A stretch of 64,000 bases of DNA from Acidobacteriota bacterium (GTDB lineage: Bacteria; Acidobacteriota; B3-B38; Guanabaribacteriales; JAGGZT01): NCBI GenBank assembly GCA_021161905.1, contig JAGGZT010000012.1:17675-81674 (forward strand), in the 5' to 3' direction. The translations under genes and the position numbers were made by a program. Shown here piece by piece: positions 39,783 through 50,981 of this stretch. The notes beneath the pieces were generated by a model, which was given only the letters and a program-made list of their open reading frames with translations, did not search any database and was not told the DNA's origin. Each line of letters begins with the position of its first letter. Position 1 is the first letter of the stretch.

Positions 39783-40520
39783 ATGGGAGGAGAGGAGATT
39801 TCTGTCTTCATCGCCTTTATTGCTGGAATTTTATCCTTCGTTTCACCCTGTGTTCTTCCCCTTATTCCCTCTTATCTTTCCTTCATTACCGGAGTATCCT
39901 TCGATGAACTCGCAGAATTGGAAAACCGCCGGGAAATAAGGAGAAGGACACTGATCCATTCCCTCCTCTTCGTCGCCGGGTTTTCCCTCGTTTTCATCCT
40001 GATGGGAGCTTCAGCCACATATATTGGGGGGATATTCCGTAAATACCAGCGATTGATCACCGTCGGTGGAGGAATAATCATCACTATCCTCGGACTCCAT
40101 ATCGCCGGGGTTATCAACCTCCGCTTCCTCGAGAGGGAAAAGAGACTTCACTTAGAGAAAAAACCCTTGGGCTATCTCGGCACGATAATCGTCGGAATCA
40201 CCTTCGCTGCTGGCTGGACACCTTGTATCGGTCCCATCCTCGGGGCTATCCTGGTCTACGCCTCAACCAAGGAACAACTTTTCACCGGTATCATCCTTCT
40301 CACCGCCTACTCCGTCGGATTAGGGCTACCGTTTATTCTCTCCTCCCTCGCTTTCAATACCTTTATGAGCTACTCCCGTTCTTTGCTGAAGCATATCCGG
40401 GTGATATCGATAATAAGCGGGATATTGCTGGTTGCGGTAGGGATCCTTCTTATAAGCAATTATTTTGGCTGGCTTAGCGCCTATCTAAGCCAGATAATGC
40501 CCTCACTCGAAGTTGGCTAA
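39783..40520 (+). CDS. ccdA: cytochrome c-type biogenesis / thiol-disulfide transporter CcdA (DsbD core)
   Basis: 245 aa with 6 TM helices and the two conserved Cys motifs ([10 protein letters not shown] and [10 protein letters not shown]). Confidence 0.88.
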   Translation: MGGEEISVFIAFIAGILSFVSPCVLPLIPSYLSFITGVSFDELAELENRREIRRRTLIHSLLFVAGFSLVFILMGASATYIGGIFRKYQRLITVGGGIIITILGLHIAGVINLRFLEREKRLHLEKKPLGYLGTIIVGITFAAGWTPCIGPILGAILVYASTKEQLFTGIILLTAYSVGLGLPFILSSLAFNTFMSYSRSLLKHIRVISIISGILLVAVGILLISNYFGWLSAYLSQIMPSLEVG

Positions 40521-41569
40521 ATCTTTGCCCAGGGTTTGGGGATGAATAACTCCTCATAAACCATTATCGCATAGCGGTCAGTCATCCCCGCTATGTAATC
40601 GGCAACCCTTCGATAGGGAGGATCCTTCTTCCCTCTTTTGTTCTTCAAAGGGATCTTATCCGGGTGCTCGAGAAAATAACGGTAGAGGTCTGAAATCACC
40701 TTCCGCGATTTGGCGAATTCGCCCTTGGCGTACTCATTTTCATAAACCCTCTCATAGAGGAAATCGCGAAGGTCGATGAGGGCACCGTAAACCTCCTCAC
40801 TCATCCTTATATCTTCGAGTTCCACCTTTTTCGTCTCCCGAACGATATCGGAGACCATCGTGTTTATCCGTTGAGAATGGGTATCTCCGAGAACCCTTAG
40901 GATATCTTTAGGGATATCTCCCCTTTTGAGCACCCCTGCCCTTATAGCGTCGTCTATATCGTGGTTCACATAGGCAACGATGTCGGATACACGAACGATC
41001 CTTCCCTCAAGTGTCTCCGCTCTCTCCTCCTCCTTGATGGGGATTATATCCCCCTCCCCTATCGAATGCTTGAGGATCCCATCACGCACCTCGAAGGTAA
41101 GATTTAACCCCTCGCCGTCCTTCTCCAAGAAGTCCACCACTCGAAGGCTTTGCTCGTAGTGCCTGAACCCATCAGGAACGAGCTCATTGAGAACCGCTTC
41201 CCCGCTATGGCCAAATGGAGTATGTCCTAAGTCATGTCCCAAGGCGATCGCTTCGGTGAGATCCTCGTTCAATCTGAGAGCGCGGGCGATCGTCCGGGCT
41301 ATCTGAGACACCTCCAAGGTATGGGTGAGACGGGTACGATAATGATCGCCCGTGGGAGCGAGAAAAACCTGGGTCTTATGCTTGAGACGACGAAACGCCT
41401 TACTGTGGATTATCCTATCTCGATCTCGCTGGAAGGCAGTCCTTATATCACATTCCGGTTCCGGTCGCAACCGCCCCTTACTCGCACTGCTGAAAGCCGC
41501 TTTAGGAGAGAGAATTTTCCTCTCAATCGCCTCGAATTCCTCCCTAAGCCTCATCTTGTTCTCCTCCAC
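40517..41569 (-). CDS. dgt: dGTP triphosphohydrolase-like HD-domain protein
   Basis: 350 aa with the HD motif ([15 protein letters not shown]...[10 protein letters not shown]). Confidence 0.88.
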   Translation of the reverse strand: MEENKMRLREEFEAIERKILSPKAAFSSASKGRLRPEPECDIRTAFQRDRDRIIHSKAFRRLKHKTQVFLAPTGDHYRTRLTHTLEVSQIARTIARALRLNEDLTEAIALGHDLGHTPFGHSGEAVLNELVPDGFRHYEQSLRVVDFLEKDGEGLNLTFEVRDGILKHSIGEGDIIPIKEEERAETLEGRIVRVSDIVAYVNHDIDDAIRAGVLKRGDIPKDILRVLGDTHSQRINTMVSDIVRETKKVELEDIRMSEEVYGALIDLRDFLYERVYENEYAKGEFAKSRKVISDLYRYFLEHPDKIPLKNKRGKKDPPYRRVADYIAGMTDRYAIMVYEELFIPKPWAKI

Positions 41570-41570
41570 T

Positions 41571-42893
41571 TTAACCCCCTCCTTCCCTCGTTGCTATCCG
41601 TTCTCGAACAAGAGGGGTCAACGAAGGACGCTCCTCAGAAAAGGCGAAACTGGCAAGTGCCATACCTACAAGCTCGGGGGTAGGCTCTATCTCGTTATAC
41701 AGGATCTCCATCAACGGCTCTCCCTTACTGGCGTAAGTCCCCACTTTCTTCTTGAGAACTATCCCCACCGAGCGGTCTATCGGGGCATCGGTATCGGCTC
41801 TCCCTGCCCCTAATTTATTGACCACCACTGCCAAACGGTAAGAATCTATCCCCGAGATATAACCATCAGTGGGGCTCACTATCTCTCTCCCCGCTTTTGG
41901 CTTGGGGAGGAGAGAATAATCGTCCACCGCCGTTTCATCTCCACCCTGGGCGGCGATGATCTCCCGCATCTTAGAAAGAGCCTCCCCAGAGGTAAGCTTC
42001 TCCTCAAGGATCAACTTGGCATCCTCTTTATTCTCGACAGCACCGGCAAGGAAAAGCATCTCCGATCCTAAGGCAAGGGTGAGTTCCACCACATCGGAGG
42101 CACCTCGCCCTTTAAGCGTCTCAAACGCCTCGATCACCTCAACCGCGTTCCCAATGGTCATCCCTATTGGCTGATCCATCGCGGTTATCAGGGCGGTCGC
42201 CCTTTTCCCCATCCTTTCGGAAACGGAAACCAAAGAGTAGGCAAGCACCCTTGCCTCCTCCAATGTCTTCATAAACGCTCCCCTGCCCTGCTTCACATCG
42301 AACACATAACCATAAGCTCCCTCTGCCAGCTTCTTGCTAAGGATGCTCGCAGTGATCAAAGGGATACTGTCCACAGTTCGGGTGGCGTCCCGAAGGGCGT
42401 ATAGCTTCTTGTCGGCGGGAGCGATCTCCTCGGTCTGCCCCGCTATTACCGCTCCCACCTTTTCCAATTGATTGACGAACTCCTTCGCCGAGAGATTGGT
42501 TCTAAAACCGGGGATGGACTCCAGCTTGTCAAGCGTCCCCCCGGTATGGCCCAAGCTCCTTCCCGCCACCATAGGCACGAAGATACCCACCGAGGCAACC
42601 AAGGGCGCTAAGACTAAGGATATCTTGTCCCCCACCCCTCCTGTTGAGTGTTTATCCACCGCAGGTCGAGGAAGGAAAGAAAGGTCGAGCACCTTTCCTG
42701 AATCCATCATCTCCTTGGTGAGACGAAAGGTCTCCTCCTCGGAAAGCCCTCTAAAGTAGATCGCCATCAGGAGAGCTGCCATCTGATAATCGGGTATCGC
42801 TCCGGCAACATAACTCTTTATAACCCGCTTTATCTCTGCCGGGGAAAGCTCCTGTCCCGCCTTCTTCTTCTCTATCGCCTTCAATATCAACAA
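41571..42893 (-). CDS. deoA: thymidine/pyrimidine-nucleoside phosphorylase
   Basis: 440 aa with the motifs [11 protein letters not shown] and [11 protein letters not shown]. Confidence 0.9.
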   Translation of the reverse strand: MLILKAIEKKKAGQELSPAEIKRVIKSYVAGAIPDYQMAALLMAIYFRGLSEEETFRLTKEMMDSGKVLDLSFLPRPAVDKHSTGGVGDKISLVLAPLVASVGIFVPMVAGRSLGHTGGTLDKLESIPGFRTNLSAKEFVNQLEKVGAVIAGQTEEIAPADKKLYALRDATRTVDSIPLITASILSKKLAEGAYGYVFDVKQGRGAFMKTLEEARVLAYSLVSVSERMGKRATALITAMDQPIGMTIGNAVEVIEAFETLKGRGASDVVELTLALGSEMLFLAGAVENKEDAKLILEEKLTSGEALSKMREIIAAQGGDETAVDDYSLLPKPKAGREIVSPTDGYISGIDSYRLAVVVNKLGAGRADTDAPIDRSVGIVLKKKVGTYASKGEPLMEILYNEIEPTPELVGMALASFAFSEERPSLTPLVRERIATREGGG

Positions 42894-42905
42894 GGCTTTT
42901 CCTCC

Positions 42906-44084
42906 TTAGATCACCTTTGAAAGAAAACTCTCCCCAAGAGGAAGGGGAGTGAGACCGAAATTCTCCGCGATGGTCTGTCCCAAATCGGCAAAACTCCTTC
43001 GTACTCCGAGATTAACGCCTTGCTTAACCCTTTCCCCCCATATAAGGAGGGGGACATATTCCCGCGAGTGATCGGTGCTCTCAGTAGTAGGATCGCAACC
43101 ATGATCAGCGGTTATAACCAAAAGATCACCCTCCTCCTTTCTTTCCTCAAGTCTCGGAAGAAAGGCGTCAAACTCTTCAAGCGCCTTGGCGTATCCTCTG
43201 GGATCGTTCCTATGCCCATAAAGCATATCAAAATCGACCAGATTTGTAAAGATAAGTCCCCTATCCACCTCCCCCATCACCTTGAGCACTGTCTCCATCC
43301 CCTCCCGGTTATTACCCGTATGGACCGCCTTGGTAATCCCACAACCAGCAAAGATATCCTTTATCTTACCGACACCCACCACCGGAAAACCAGCCTTCGA
43401 AAGGAGACCAAGGAGGTTGGGCTCAGGAGGAGCAATGGAGAAGTCCTCCCTTCTCTCCGTTCTCCTGAAGGAACCTGGTTTCCCAATAAAGGGGCGAGCG
43501 ATGACCCGGACCACCTCGTCATCACCACGAAGTATCTTTCTCGCTTCCCGACACATCTCATAGAGCTCGGGAACCGGGATGACCTCCTCATGAGCGGCGA
43601 TCTGAAAAACGGAGTCGGCAGAGGTATAGATGATGGGGAAACCCGTTTTTAAATGAATCTCTCCTATCTCTTCGATTATCACCGTTCCCGAGGCAGGGAA
43701 GTTCCCAAGCACCCTTCTTCCTATTCTCTCCTCAAACTCCTCGATCACCCTACGGGGAAAACCGGAGGGATAGGTGGGGAAGGGCTTTTTAAGCTCGATA
43801 CCGACCATCTCCCAATGGCCGGATGTGGTATCCTTGCCCGGTGCCAACTCCGCCATCTTCCCATAGGCAGCTATCGGTTCCCTCTCTGGCGGTACGCCGG
43901 GGAGAGGAATTATATTCCCTAAACCCCGTCTGGCAAGGTTGGGGAGATGAAGCCCTACACTCTCTGCGATATGAAGCAAGGTATTGCTTCCCTCATCACC
44001 GAAGAGGTGGGCATCGGGAAGTTCCCCTACCCCCACACTATCCAATACGATGAGGATAACCCGGGAAAATGGCTTATGTCCCAA
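42906..44084 (-). CDS. deoB: phosphopentomutase
   Basis: 392 aa beginning [18 protein letters not shown], with a metal-binding Asp/His core (...[10 protein letters not shown]...). Confidence 0.9.
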   Translation of the reverse strand: MGHKPFSRVILIVLDSVGVGELPDAHLFGDEGSNTLLHIAESVGLHLPNLARRGLGNIIPLPGVPPEREPIAAYGKMAELAPGKDTTSGHWEMVGIELKKPFPTYPSGFPRRVIEEFEERIGRRVLGNFPASGTVIIEEIGEIHLKTGFPIIYTSADSVFQIAAHEEVIPVPELYEMCREARKILRGDDEVVRVIARPFIGKPGSFRRTERREDFSIAPPEPNLLGLLSKAGFPVVGVGKIKDIFAGCGITKAVHTGNNREGMETVLKVMGEVDRGLIFTNLVDFDMLYGHRNDPRGYAKALEEFDAFLPRLEERKEEGDLLVITADHGCDPTTESTDHSREYVPLLIWGERVKQGVNLGVRRSFADLGQTIAENFGLTPLPLGESFLSKVI

Positions 44085-45204
44085 TGATCTTCAACCTCCT
44101 TGGGAGCACCCATATAAACAGAAACTTCACCACTATGATAACACCGATAAGGAAAAAGAAAAGGAAGAACCAATCGGCACCTACTATTAGATGAGGAAAT
44201 GCCTTGCTCCGATAGGGAAGTCCTCCAAGTTTGACCTTCTTCTCAATAGCCAGCCTCTCCGCCCTTCCCCAGGACTGATCTGTTGCGAGAAGGTAGGGGA
44301 GGTAGAAATCCATAAGGATCCGATCCTCGAAATAGGCGGAATAAAGGTCCCCCTTCTTCTTAAACTCGTTTCTTATCCTGGTATGTGCCTGAGCCTCAGT
44401 TAGGTAATAGTCCTCCCTTTCCCAGACCGATCTCCTCTTACCGAGAAGCCTCGGTTTGAATCTCTCCTTTGCGGAAAGCCACAACCTTCCTCTCTCTTTT
44501 GCCAAAAGAACCAACCTCTCTTTGGGGAAACGGGAACGAAAGAGATAGCCATCACCCCTCACTACATAGCCTCGCTCAGCAAAAAAGGCGAAGAGGAAAA
44601 AAGATAAGAGAAGGATCGAGATGAGTAAGCTGATGAAAAGGAGAAAGCGGGAGCTTCCCTTTCCTCGAAAGGAAGAGGAGGTCGCCACCAAAGTCAAACC
44701 ACACCCAGCAACGACGGCAAAGAAATTGAGGAGAAGATCACGAAGCTCTCCCACCCGCGAAGAGACGAGGAATTGAACGGTTTCATCAGCTAAAGAGACG
44801 AGAAGCGACAGGGAAACAGCTGCTACTATTGAGAAAATCCCCCTTTCATCAGGCTTAAGGCCAATGACAAACAAAAGGGTTAGCACCCCATATTCGATGA
44901 AATGAACCCCCTCGATCAACCCGATATGAGGGATAAAATAGAAAGATAAAATAAGCGCCCCCGCCATCAGGCTAAGCCCGATTAGGGAAAAGCGAAAACT
45001 TCTCTTGAAGCCTCTAACCAACAAATAGGAAACTACCGCTCCGGCGATGGAGAGAAAAACGAGGAGAAAAAGGTCAAAATAACCACCGAGATGAAAGCGG
45101 AGATAGCTCCGGATAAGGGAGATGTAAGGGGCTGAAAGGGGTAGAAAAAGGGAGAAGAAAAGGGCAATATAAAGCACAAAAACGCTCTTTCTTCGTTTAT
45201 TCAT
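44074..45204 (-). CDS. membrane protein with an N-terminal VanZ-like 4-TM domain and a basic cytoplasmic C-terminal region
   Basis: It has the VanZ-type motif [12 protein letters not shown], 5-6 TM helices, then a 150-aa Arg/Lys-rich soluble region, and ends with a TM helix. The start may be at 45219 or 45204. It overlaps deoB by 11 nt. Confidence 0.6.
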   Translation of the reverse strand: MNKRRKSVFVLYIALFFSLFLPLSAPYISLIRSYLRFHLGGYFDLFLLVFLSIAGAVVSYLLVRGFKRSFRFSLIGLSLMAGALILSFYFIPHIGLIEGVHFIEYGVLTLLFVIGLKPDERGIFSIVAAVSLSLLVSLADETVQFLVSSRVGELRDLLLNFFAVVAGCGLTLVATSSSFRGKGSSRFLLFISLLISILLLSFFLFAFFAERGYVVRGDGYLFRSRFPKERLVLLAKERGRLWLSAKERFKPRLLGKRRSVWEREDYYLTEAQAHTRIRNEFKKKGDLYSAYFEDRILMDFYLPYLLATDQSWGRAERLAIEKKVKLGGLPYRSKAFPHLIVGADWFFLFFFLIGVIIVVKFLFIWVLPRRLKIIGT

Positions 45205-45222
45205 TGCCTCTTTTTTCATTTT

Positions 45223-45237
45223 ACCCTATTATAGGGT
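45223..45237. promoter_or_regulatory. perfect 15-bp palindrome ACCCTATtATAGGGT between divergent genes
   Basis: Seen directly. It lies 5 nt from the first ATG of the VanZ-like gene and about 30 nt upstream of the ileS -35 box. It could be an operator site. Confidence 0.3.
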
Positions 45238-45263
45238 AAGCCAGAAGATAAAAACTCACCTTC

Positions 45264-45292
45264 TTGACAAGGAAAAAGGGGCGTGCTAAATT
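45264..45292 (+). promoter_or_regulatory. sigma70 promoter of ileS-lspA-lgt (TTGACA-17-TAAATT)
   Basis: cttcTTGACAaggaaaaaggggcgtgcTAAATTagc, followed by a roughly 30-nt leader to the ileS ATG. Confidence 0.45.
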
Positions 45293-45325
45293 AGCTTGTT
45301 TTCAAAAGCGGGAAAGGCGACGAAG

Positions 45326-48124
45326 ATGGGTAAGAAAAAGGATTACAAGGAAACACTCAATTTACCAAAGACCGAATTTCCAATGAAGGCAGACCTTCCG
45401 AAGAGGGAACCTTTGCTCATAGAGCGTTGGGATCGAGATCGTTTATACGAGAAGATACGGGAAAAAAGAAAAGATGCTCCAACCTTCATCCTTCACGATG
45501 GACCTCCTTATGCTAACGGGCACATCCACTTGGGAACAGCGCTCAACAAGATACTCAAGGATTTTGTAGTAAAGTCAAAGACGATGCTTGGCTTCAACTC
45601 CCCATTCCGGCCCGGTTGGGACTGCCATGGCCTTCCCATCGAACATCAGGTGGATAAGCTTCTGGGAGAGAAGAAGAAAGAGCTATCCCAACTTGAGGTA
45701 AGAAGGGAATGTCGGAAGTTCGCTGAGAAGTTCGTAGCCATCCAAAGAGAGGAATTCAAACGGCTGGGCGTTCTTGGAGAGTGGGAAACTCCCTATCTCA
45801 CCATAGACCCCGATTACGAGGCAACTATCATCCGTCAGTTCGGGGAATTCGTCGCCCGGGGAGATGTATATAAAGGATACAAACCGGTCCACTGGTGCTC
45901 CCACTGCAAAACCGCTTTAGCCGAAGCGGAGGTGGAGTACCATGATCATACCTCCCCGTCAATATTCGTCAAATTCGAAGCAGGGGAGGATGTTAAAAAG
46001 AGGATACCCGCCCTCGAGGGCAAAAGGGTATTCGTCCTCATCTGGACCACTACCCCCTGGACCCTTCCCGCTAATTTAGCCATTGCCTTCCACCCAAATT
46101 ACGATTATGTCGCCTTTGAGGTGGGCGATGAGGTCTATATAGTTGCCAAGGAACTGTTGCCAACGGTCACGAGCGAATGCGGTTTTACCGACATCAAGGA
46201 GATCGTCTCTTTCAAAGGAAAGGAGCTCGAGGGGACCGTTTGCCGCCATCCCTTCATTGAGCGAGATTCGCTCATCGTGCTCGGTGATTATGTCACCCTG
46301 GAGCAGGGTACTGGATGTGTCCATACCGCTCCGGGGCACGGCGCCGAGGACTATGTGGTGGGGACGAAATACGGGCTCAAGATCTACGCTCCAGTAGATG
46401 ACGAGGGGAGATTCACCTCCGATGTAGAACACTTCGCCGGGCTCAATGTATTCGAGGCGAATCCGAAGATCGTGAAGCTCCTTAAGGAAAAAGGAATGCT
46501 CCTTTCCGAAGGAGAGATCACCCACTCCTACCCCCACTGCTGGCGGTGCAAGAACCCGGTCATCTTTCGGGCTACCGAGCAGTGGTTCATCTCGATGGAC
46601 AAGAACAAACTTCGGGATAAGGCAGCTGCGGAGGTCTCCCGGGTGCGTTGGATCCCTGCCTGGGGTGAAGAGCGGATAAGGAATATGATCGTGAATAGGC
46701 CCGATTGGTGTATCTCCCGGCAAAGGAGCTGGGGGGTACCCATCCCTGTTTTCTACTGCCAAAGCTGTAACAAACCTCTGCTTAGCAAGGATGTCGTTGA
46801 TTTCGTTGCCGATGTATTCTCGAAGGAGGGTTCCGATGCCTGGTTCGCCCGGGAAGCGGATGAACTCCTTCCTCCGGAAACCCGTTGTCCCAACTGTGGC
46901 GGGAAGAGCTTCACCAAAGAGCTTGATATCCTCGATGTCTGGTTCGAATCCGGGGTAAGCCATGAGGCGGTATTGGGGAAAAGAGGGGACCTCCCCTGGC
47001 CCTCGGACCTCTACCTGGAGGGAACGGATCAGTACCGAGGATGGTTCCAGAGTTCACTACTTACCTCAGTAGAGGGCCGGGGCGAAGCGCCATATCGCAC
47101 GGTCATCACCCACGGCTTCGTGGTTGACGCCGAGGGGAGGAAGATGTCCAAATCACTCGGCAACATCATCTTTCCCGAGGAGATAATCAATAAATACGGC
47201 GCCGAGGTTCTCAGGCTGTGGGTGGCGATGATGGACTATCGGGATGACATCAAGATCTCAACCGAGATAGTGGAGCGGATCGCCGAAGCCTATCGCAAGA
47301 TAAGAAATACCTGCCGTTTTATGCTGGGGAACCTCTACGATTTCGATCCGAAAAAAGATAGCCTCCCCTACTCTGAGCTTACGGAGCTCGATAGATTCGT
47401 CCTTTATCGGTTCTACAAGGTGGCAGGGAGGGTGGTAAAGGCTTATAAGGATTACGATTTTCACATCGTCTACCACTCCCTGGTCAACCTCTGCACCGTC
47501 GATCTTTCTGCCTTCTATCTCGATATCATAAAGGACAGGCTCTATGTCTCCCATCCCAACGACAGGAAAAGACGAGCGGCACAGACCACGATCTACGAGA
47601 TCACCAAAGGGTTATCCCAGATAATGGCTCCTGTCCTCTCGTTCACCGCTGATGAGGTCTGGCAATATCTTCCGGGCGAAAAGGAGGAAAGTGTCCATCT
47701 ATCTTCATTTCCCAAGGAGCAGGAAAAACCGGATGCTGATTTCATCGCCCGCTGGGAACGGGTGCTCGCGCTTAGAGATGAGGTATTAAAGGCGCTCGAG
47801 ATAGCGAGGAAAGATAAGAAGATGATCAACCACTCCCTCGATGCCGAAGTGGTGATCTCCGCTCCAGAAGGGTTGATCAGCTCGCTTTCGCTATCTACCC
47901 CGGAACTTGAGGATATCTTCATCATCTCCAAGCTCACCTTCGCTCCTCTCAAGGAAGCCCTCTATTCTTCGGAGGAGATAGCTGGTCTTAAGATCGATGT
48001 CCGGAAGGCACCAGGGGAAAAATGCCACCGCTGTTGGAAGTATTCAGAGGAGGTGGGTAAGGGGGCGAAATACGAGGATGTATGCCCTCGTTGCCACCAG
48101 GTGCTTGAAGAACTTAAAGGATAG
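45326..48124 (+). CDS. ileS: isoleucyl-tRNA synthetase
   Basis: It has HIGH (PYANGHIHLG), KMSKS (RKMSKSLGN), the CP1 editing domain and a C-terminal zinc-binding CxxC...CxxC. The start is placed at the ATG before GKKKDYKETLNLPKTEFPM; the ORF track begins 10 codons earlier at a TTG. Confidence 0.93.
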   Translation: MGKKKDYKETLNLPKTEFPMKADLPKREPLLIERWDRDRLYEKIREKRKDAPTFILHDGPPYANGHIHLGTALNKILKDFVVKSKTMLGFNSPFRPGWDCHGLPIEHQVDKLLGEKKKELSQLEVRRECRKFAEKFVAIQREEFKRLGVLGEWETPYLTIDPDYEATIIRQFGEFVARGDVYKGYKPVHWCSHCKTALAEAEVEYHDHTSPSIFVKFEAGEDVKKRIPALEGKRVFVLIWTTTPWTLPANLAIAFHPNYDYVAFEVGDEVYIVAKELLPTVTSECGFTDIKEIVSFKGKELEGTVCRHPFIERDSLIVLGDYVTLEQGTGCVHTAPGHGAEDYVVGTKYGLKIYAPVDDEGRFTSDVEHFAGLNVFEANPKIVKLLKEKGMLLSEGEITHSYPHCWRCKNPVIFRATEQWFISMDKNKLRDKAAAEVSRVRWIPAWGEERIRNMIVNRPDWCISRQRSWGVPIPVFYCQSCNKPLLSKDVVDFVADVFSKEGSDAWFAREADELLPPETRCPNCGGKSFTKELDILDVWFESGVSHEAVLGKRGDLPWPSDLYLEGTDQYRGWFQSSLLTSVEGRGEAPYRTVITHGFVVDAEGRKMSKSLGNIIFPEEIINKYGAEVLRLWVAMMDYRDDIKISTEIVERIAEAYRKIRNTCRFMLGNLYDFDPKKDSLPYSELTELDRFVLYRFYKVAGRVVKAYKDYDFHIVYHSLVNLCTVDLSAFYLDIIKDRLYVSHPNDRKRRAAQTTIYEITKGLSQIMAPVLSFTADEVWQYLPGEKEESVHLSSFPKEQEKPDADFIARWERVLALRDEVLKALEIARKDKKMINHSLDAEVVISAPEGLISSLSLSTPELEDIFIISKLTFAPLKEALYSSEEIAGLKIDVRKAPGEKCHRCWKYSEEVGKGAKYEDVCPRCHQVLEELKG

Positions 48125-48136
48125 CTTAATTTCAAG

Positions 48137-48646
48137 ATGCTCAAGGGCAAAGGAAGCTTCATTTTGATAGCCTTTTTCTCCTTTATCCTCGACCAGGTGA
48201 GTAAACTCCTTATAGATCGTTCTCTATTCCCCGGGGAATCGCGGGTAATAATCAATGGCTTTTTGGATATCACTTACGCAAAAAACACTGGAGCCGCTTT
48301 CGGGCTCTTTTCTCAGTCAATTTCTCCCCTAAAGCCGATACTTTTCTACCTCTTCTCAATCGTTGCCATTGCGGTGATCATTTACTACATCCTAAGGTTT
48401 CCCGCGAGGGAAAGGGGGATTCAGCTCGCCCTCGCCCTCATCTTCGCTGGGGCTTTGGGGAACTTCCTCGACCGGTTGCGGCTGGGATATGTCATCGACT
48501 TTATCGACATCCATCTCAAGGGCTACCATTGGCCCACCTTCAACATAGCAGACAGCGTCATCTGTATAGGGGTAGGAATACTAATCTACAAGATGATAAC
48601 CGCTCCTTCGGAGGAGAAAAAAGAGGATGCATCCGATATTATTTAA
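48137..48646 (+). CDS. lspA: lipoprotein signal peptidase II
   Basis: 169 aa with 4 TM helices and the motifs NTGAAFG and FNIADS. The ileS-lspA synteny is conserved. Confidence 0.9.
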   Translation: MLKGKGSFILIAFFSFILDQVSKLLIDRSLFPGESRVIINGFLDITYAKNTGAAFGLFSQSISPLKPILFYLFSIVAIAVIIYYILRFPARERGIQLALALIFAGALGNFLDRLRLGYVIDFIDIHLKGYHWPTFNIADSVICIGVGILIYKMITAPSEEKKEDASDII

Positions 48647-49487
48647 GATAGGTCCTCTAACCATCCATACCTATGGCGTTTTAATCGCCACTGCCTTTCT
48701 ATTGGGCATCCTCTATGCGATGCACGAGGCGAAGAGGGAGAACCTTCCCCCTGCTCGCATCCTTGACCTCGGGCTGATAATCGTGGTGGGCGCCCTTCTT
48801 GGTGGAAAACTTCTCCTCATCCTGGTCAACCTGAGGTATTACTTCAGACACCCTGGCGAGATATTGGAGAGCCTTCGCTACGGCGGAGTCTATTACGGAG
48901 GGCTTCTTCTTGCCACTGCCTTAGGCATCTGGTATATCAAGCGTGCTTCATTACCCGTCGGGAAAACGGTCGATGCGCTCGCTCCAGGGATCGCCCTGGG
49001 ACAGTTCATCGGCAGGTGGGGTTGTTTTTCCGCTGGTTGTTGCTATGGAAAACCCCTTACCTTCCCCCTGTTCAAGGTAGTAACCAACATACCCTCCTAC
49101 TTGAGCTACTGGTATGAAAAACCGGCGAGGGTTCCCTGGGGACTTACCTTTACCAACCCCTATACCCATAGGACGATAGGAACACCTCTAAATATTCCTC
49201 TTTACCCCACTGAGATACTTCACTCCTTGGCTGGGCTGATGATACTTCTCATCCTCATTCTTATGAAGCGAAGAAAGCCTTTTTCCGGAGCGCTATTCTT
49301 GCTCTACCTCATTCTTTATTCTGCCTCTAGGTTTTTCATTGAGTATATGAGGGGCGATCCGCGTGGCGCGCTCTTCGGTGGGGCTCTTTCCACCTCTCAA
49401 TTCATCGCTTTGATCGTAGGACCGATCTCCCTCGCCATCTTCATTTACAAAAAAAGAGCCGCTTCAAACGCGGCTCCCAATAAATAA
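48627..49487 (+). CDS. lgt: prolipoprotein diacylglyceryl transferase
   Basis: 286 aa with the Lgt signature region (...GQFIGRWGCFSAGCCYGKP...). It overlaps lspA. Confidence 0.9.
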   Translation: MHPILFKIGPLTIHTYGVLIATAFLLGILYAMHEAKRENLPPARILDLGLIIVVGALLGGKLLLILVNLRYYFRHPGEILESLRYGGVYYGGLLLATALGIWYIKRASLPVGKTVDALAPGIALGQFIGRWGCFSAGCCYGKPLTFPLFKVVTNIPSYLSYWYEKPARVPWGLTFTNPYTHRTIGTPLNIPLYPTEILHSLAGLMILLILILMKRRKPFSGALFLLYLILYSASRFFIEYMRGDPRGALFGGALSTSQFIALIVGPISLAIFIYKKRAASNAAPNK

Positions 49488-49502
49488 TTGCGGTAAGAAA
49501 AA

Positions 49503-50894
49503 TTATTCGATAAAGGTTCGCTCCTTGGTGAAATAATCCTTGGTGACCTTTCCTACCACCCCGCTTAAGAGAATAAGCCCAATCAGATTGGGCACCGACA
49601 TAAGGGCGTTTGCCATATCGCCAACATTCCACACTATTATCAGGTTCTCCTTCTGAAGGATCGCCCCAATAAATGTCAGGAAGAGATAGACCACCCGATA
49701 GGGTTTGGTTATCTTGAGACCGAAGAGATACTCGAGACACTGCTCACCGTAATAACACCAGCCAATAACTGTACTGAAACCGAAGAGCGCTGAACTCAAA
49801 GCAACAATCACCCCGCCAAAGGGAATGGTACTGTTAAAAGCAGATATAGTGAGGGCGGTACTGTCCAACCCCGAAGTCCAACGGCCGGTAAGGATAATAA
49901 CGAGAGCGGTCATCATACAGACGACAATGGTGTCGATGAAGACCTCCATTATACCGATCAATCCCTGACGAACAGGATCGCGGGTCTTGGCAGTTCCATG
50001 GGCAATGGGTGCGGAACCAAGTCCTGCCTCGTTTGAAAGCAGCCCCCGGGAAACCCCTCTTCTTATCGCTTGTCTCACGGTGGCACCGATAAACCCACCC
50101 ATCGCCGCCTTGGCAGTAAATGCACTTTTTATCATCAACCAGATCGCCTGAGGTATAGCGGTAAAATGCGCCAAGATAATGAACAACCCTCCACCGATAT
50201 AGAGGAGAACCATAGTGGGAACCAACCTCTCCGCCACCGTGCCTATTCGCTTTATCCCACCGATAACCACCAACCCAGCGAGAAAGGTCATCACCACACC
50301 GGTAAGCCAGAAGGGGATCTTGAACTGAGTATTAAAGGCTAAAGCCACCGAATTCGACTGCATCATATTACCGGTACTGAAAAGGGAGGCAATAGCCCCA
50401 GCCACAGCAAAGGTAATAGCCAGTGTCTTTCCAAACGATCCGCCGATTCCCTGCTCGATGTAATACATTGGACCACTCGCTATGGTGCCATCTTCCGCCT
50501 TCCTTCTAAACTTAACACCCAAGGTCGCCTCTGCATACTTGGTCGCCATTCCTAAGATAGCAGCGAGGAACATCCAGAAGGGAGCTCCTGGTCCTCCCCA
50601 GTAAATAGCAGTGGCTACTCCAGCGATATTTCCATTGCCGACAGTAGCAGCTAACGCGGTGGTAAGCGCCTGGAAGGGGGATAGATCTCCCGTCTCCTTC
50701 TCAAACCGATCCTTCCCCATCGCCCCGCGCAACATCAAACGGAAAGCCAGAGGGAACCTCTTTATCTGAACGAGCTTGGTTCTGATGGTAAGGAGAATAC
50801 CTGTCCCGAGGAGAAGAGCAAGCATCCAGGTCCCCCAGGCATAAGCACTTCCCGCATTGGTCAACTCAACCAATTTTTGAAGCATATGCCTCAC
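49503..50894 (-). CDS. sodium:alanine (amino acid) symporter, AGCS family
   Basis: 463 aa with about 11 TM helices and the AGCS signature TTALAATVGNGNIAGVATAI. Confidence 0.88.
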   Translation of the reverse strand: MRHMLQKLVELTNAGSAYAWGTWMLALLLGTGILLTIRTKLVQIKRFPLAFRLMLRGAMGKDRFEKETGDLSPFQALTTALAATVGNGNIAGVATAIYWGGPGAPFWMFLAAILGMATKYAEATLGVKFRRKAEDGTIASGPMYYIEQGIGGSFGKTLAITFAVAGAIASLFSTGNMMQSNSVALAFNTQFKIPFWLTGVVMTFLAGLVVIGGIKRIGTVAERLVPTMVLLYIGGGLFIILAHFTAIPQAIWLMIKSAFTAKAAMGGFIGATVRQAIRRGVSRGLLSNEAGLGSAPIAHGTAKTRDPVRQGLIGIMEVFIDTIVVCMMTALVIILTGRWTSGLDSTALTISAFNSTIPFGGVIVALSSALFGFSTVIGWCYYGEQCLEYLFGLKITKPYRVVYLFLTFIGAILQKENLIIVWNVGDMANALMSVPNLIGLILLSGVVGKVTKDYFTKERTFIE

Positions 50895-50981
50895 CCTCGT
50901 CTGGTTTTATGAGTTTAACTGATGACCTAAAACTCAATTAGGAACAAACACGAATTTAATGTTATAGTAAGGAGGAAAAGG

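Noticed and set aside
46076-46963. Minus-strand 295-aa ORF
   Set aside because: It lies antisense inside ileS, which has intact HIGH and KMSKS motifs on the plus strand.
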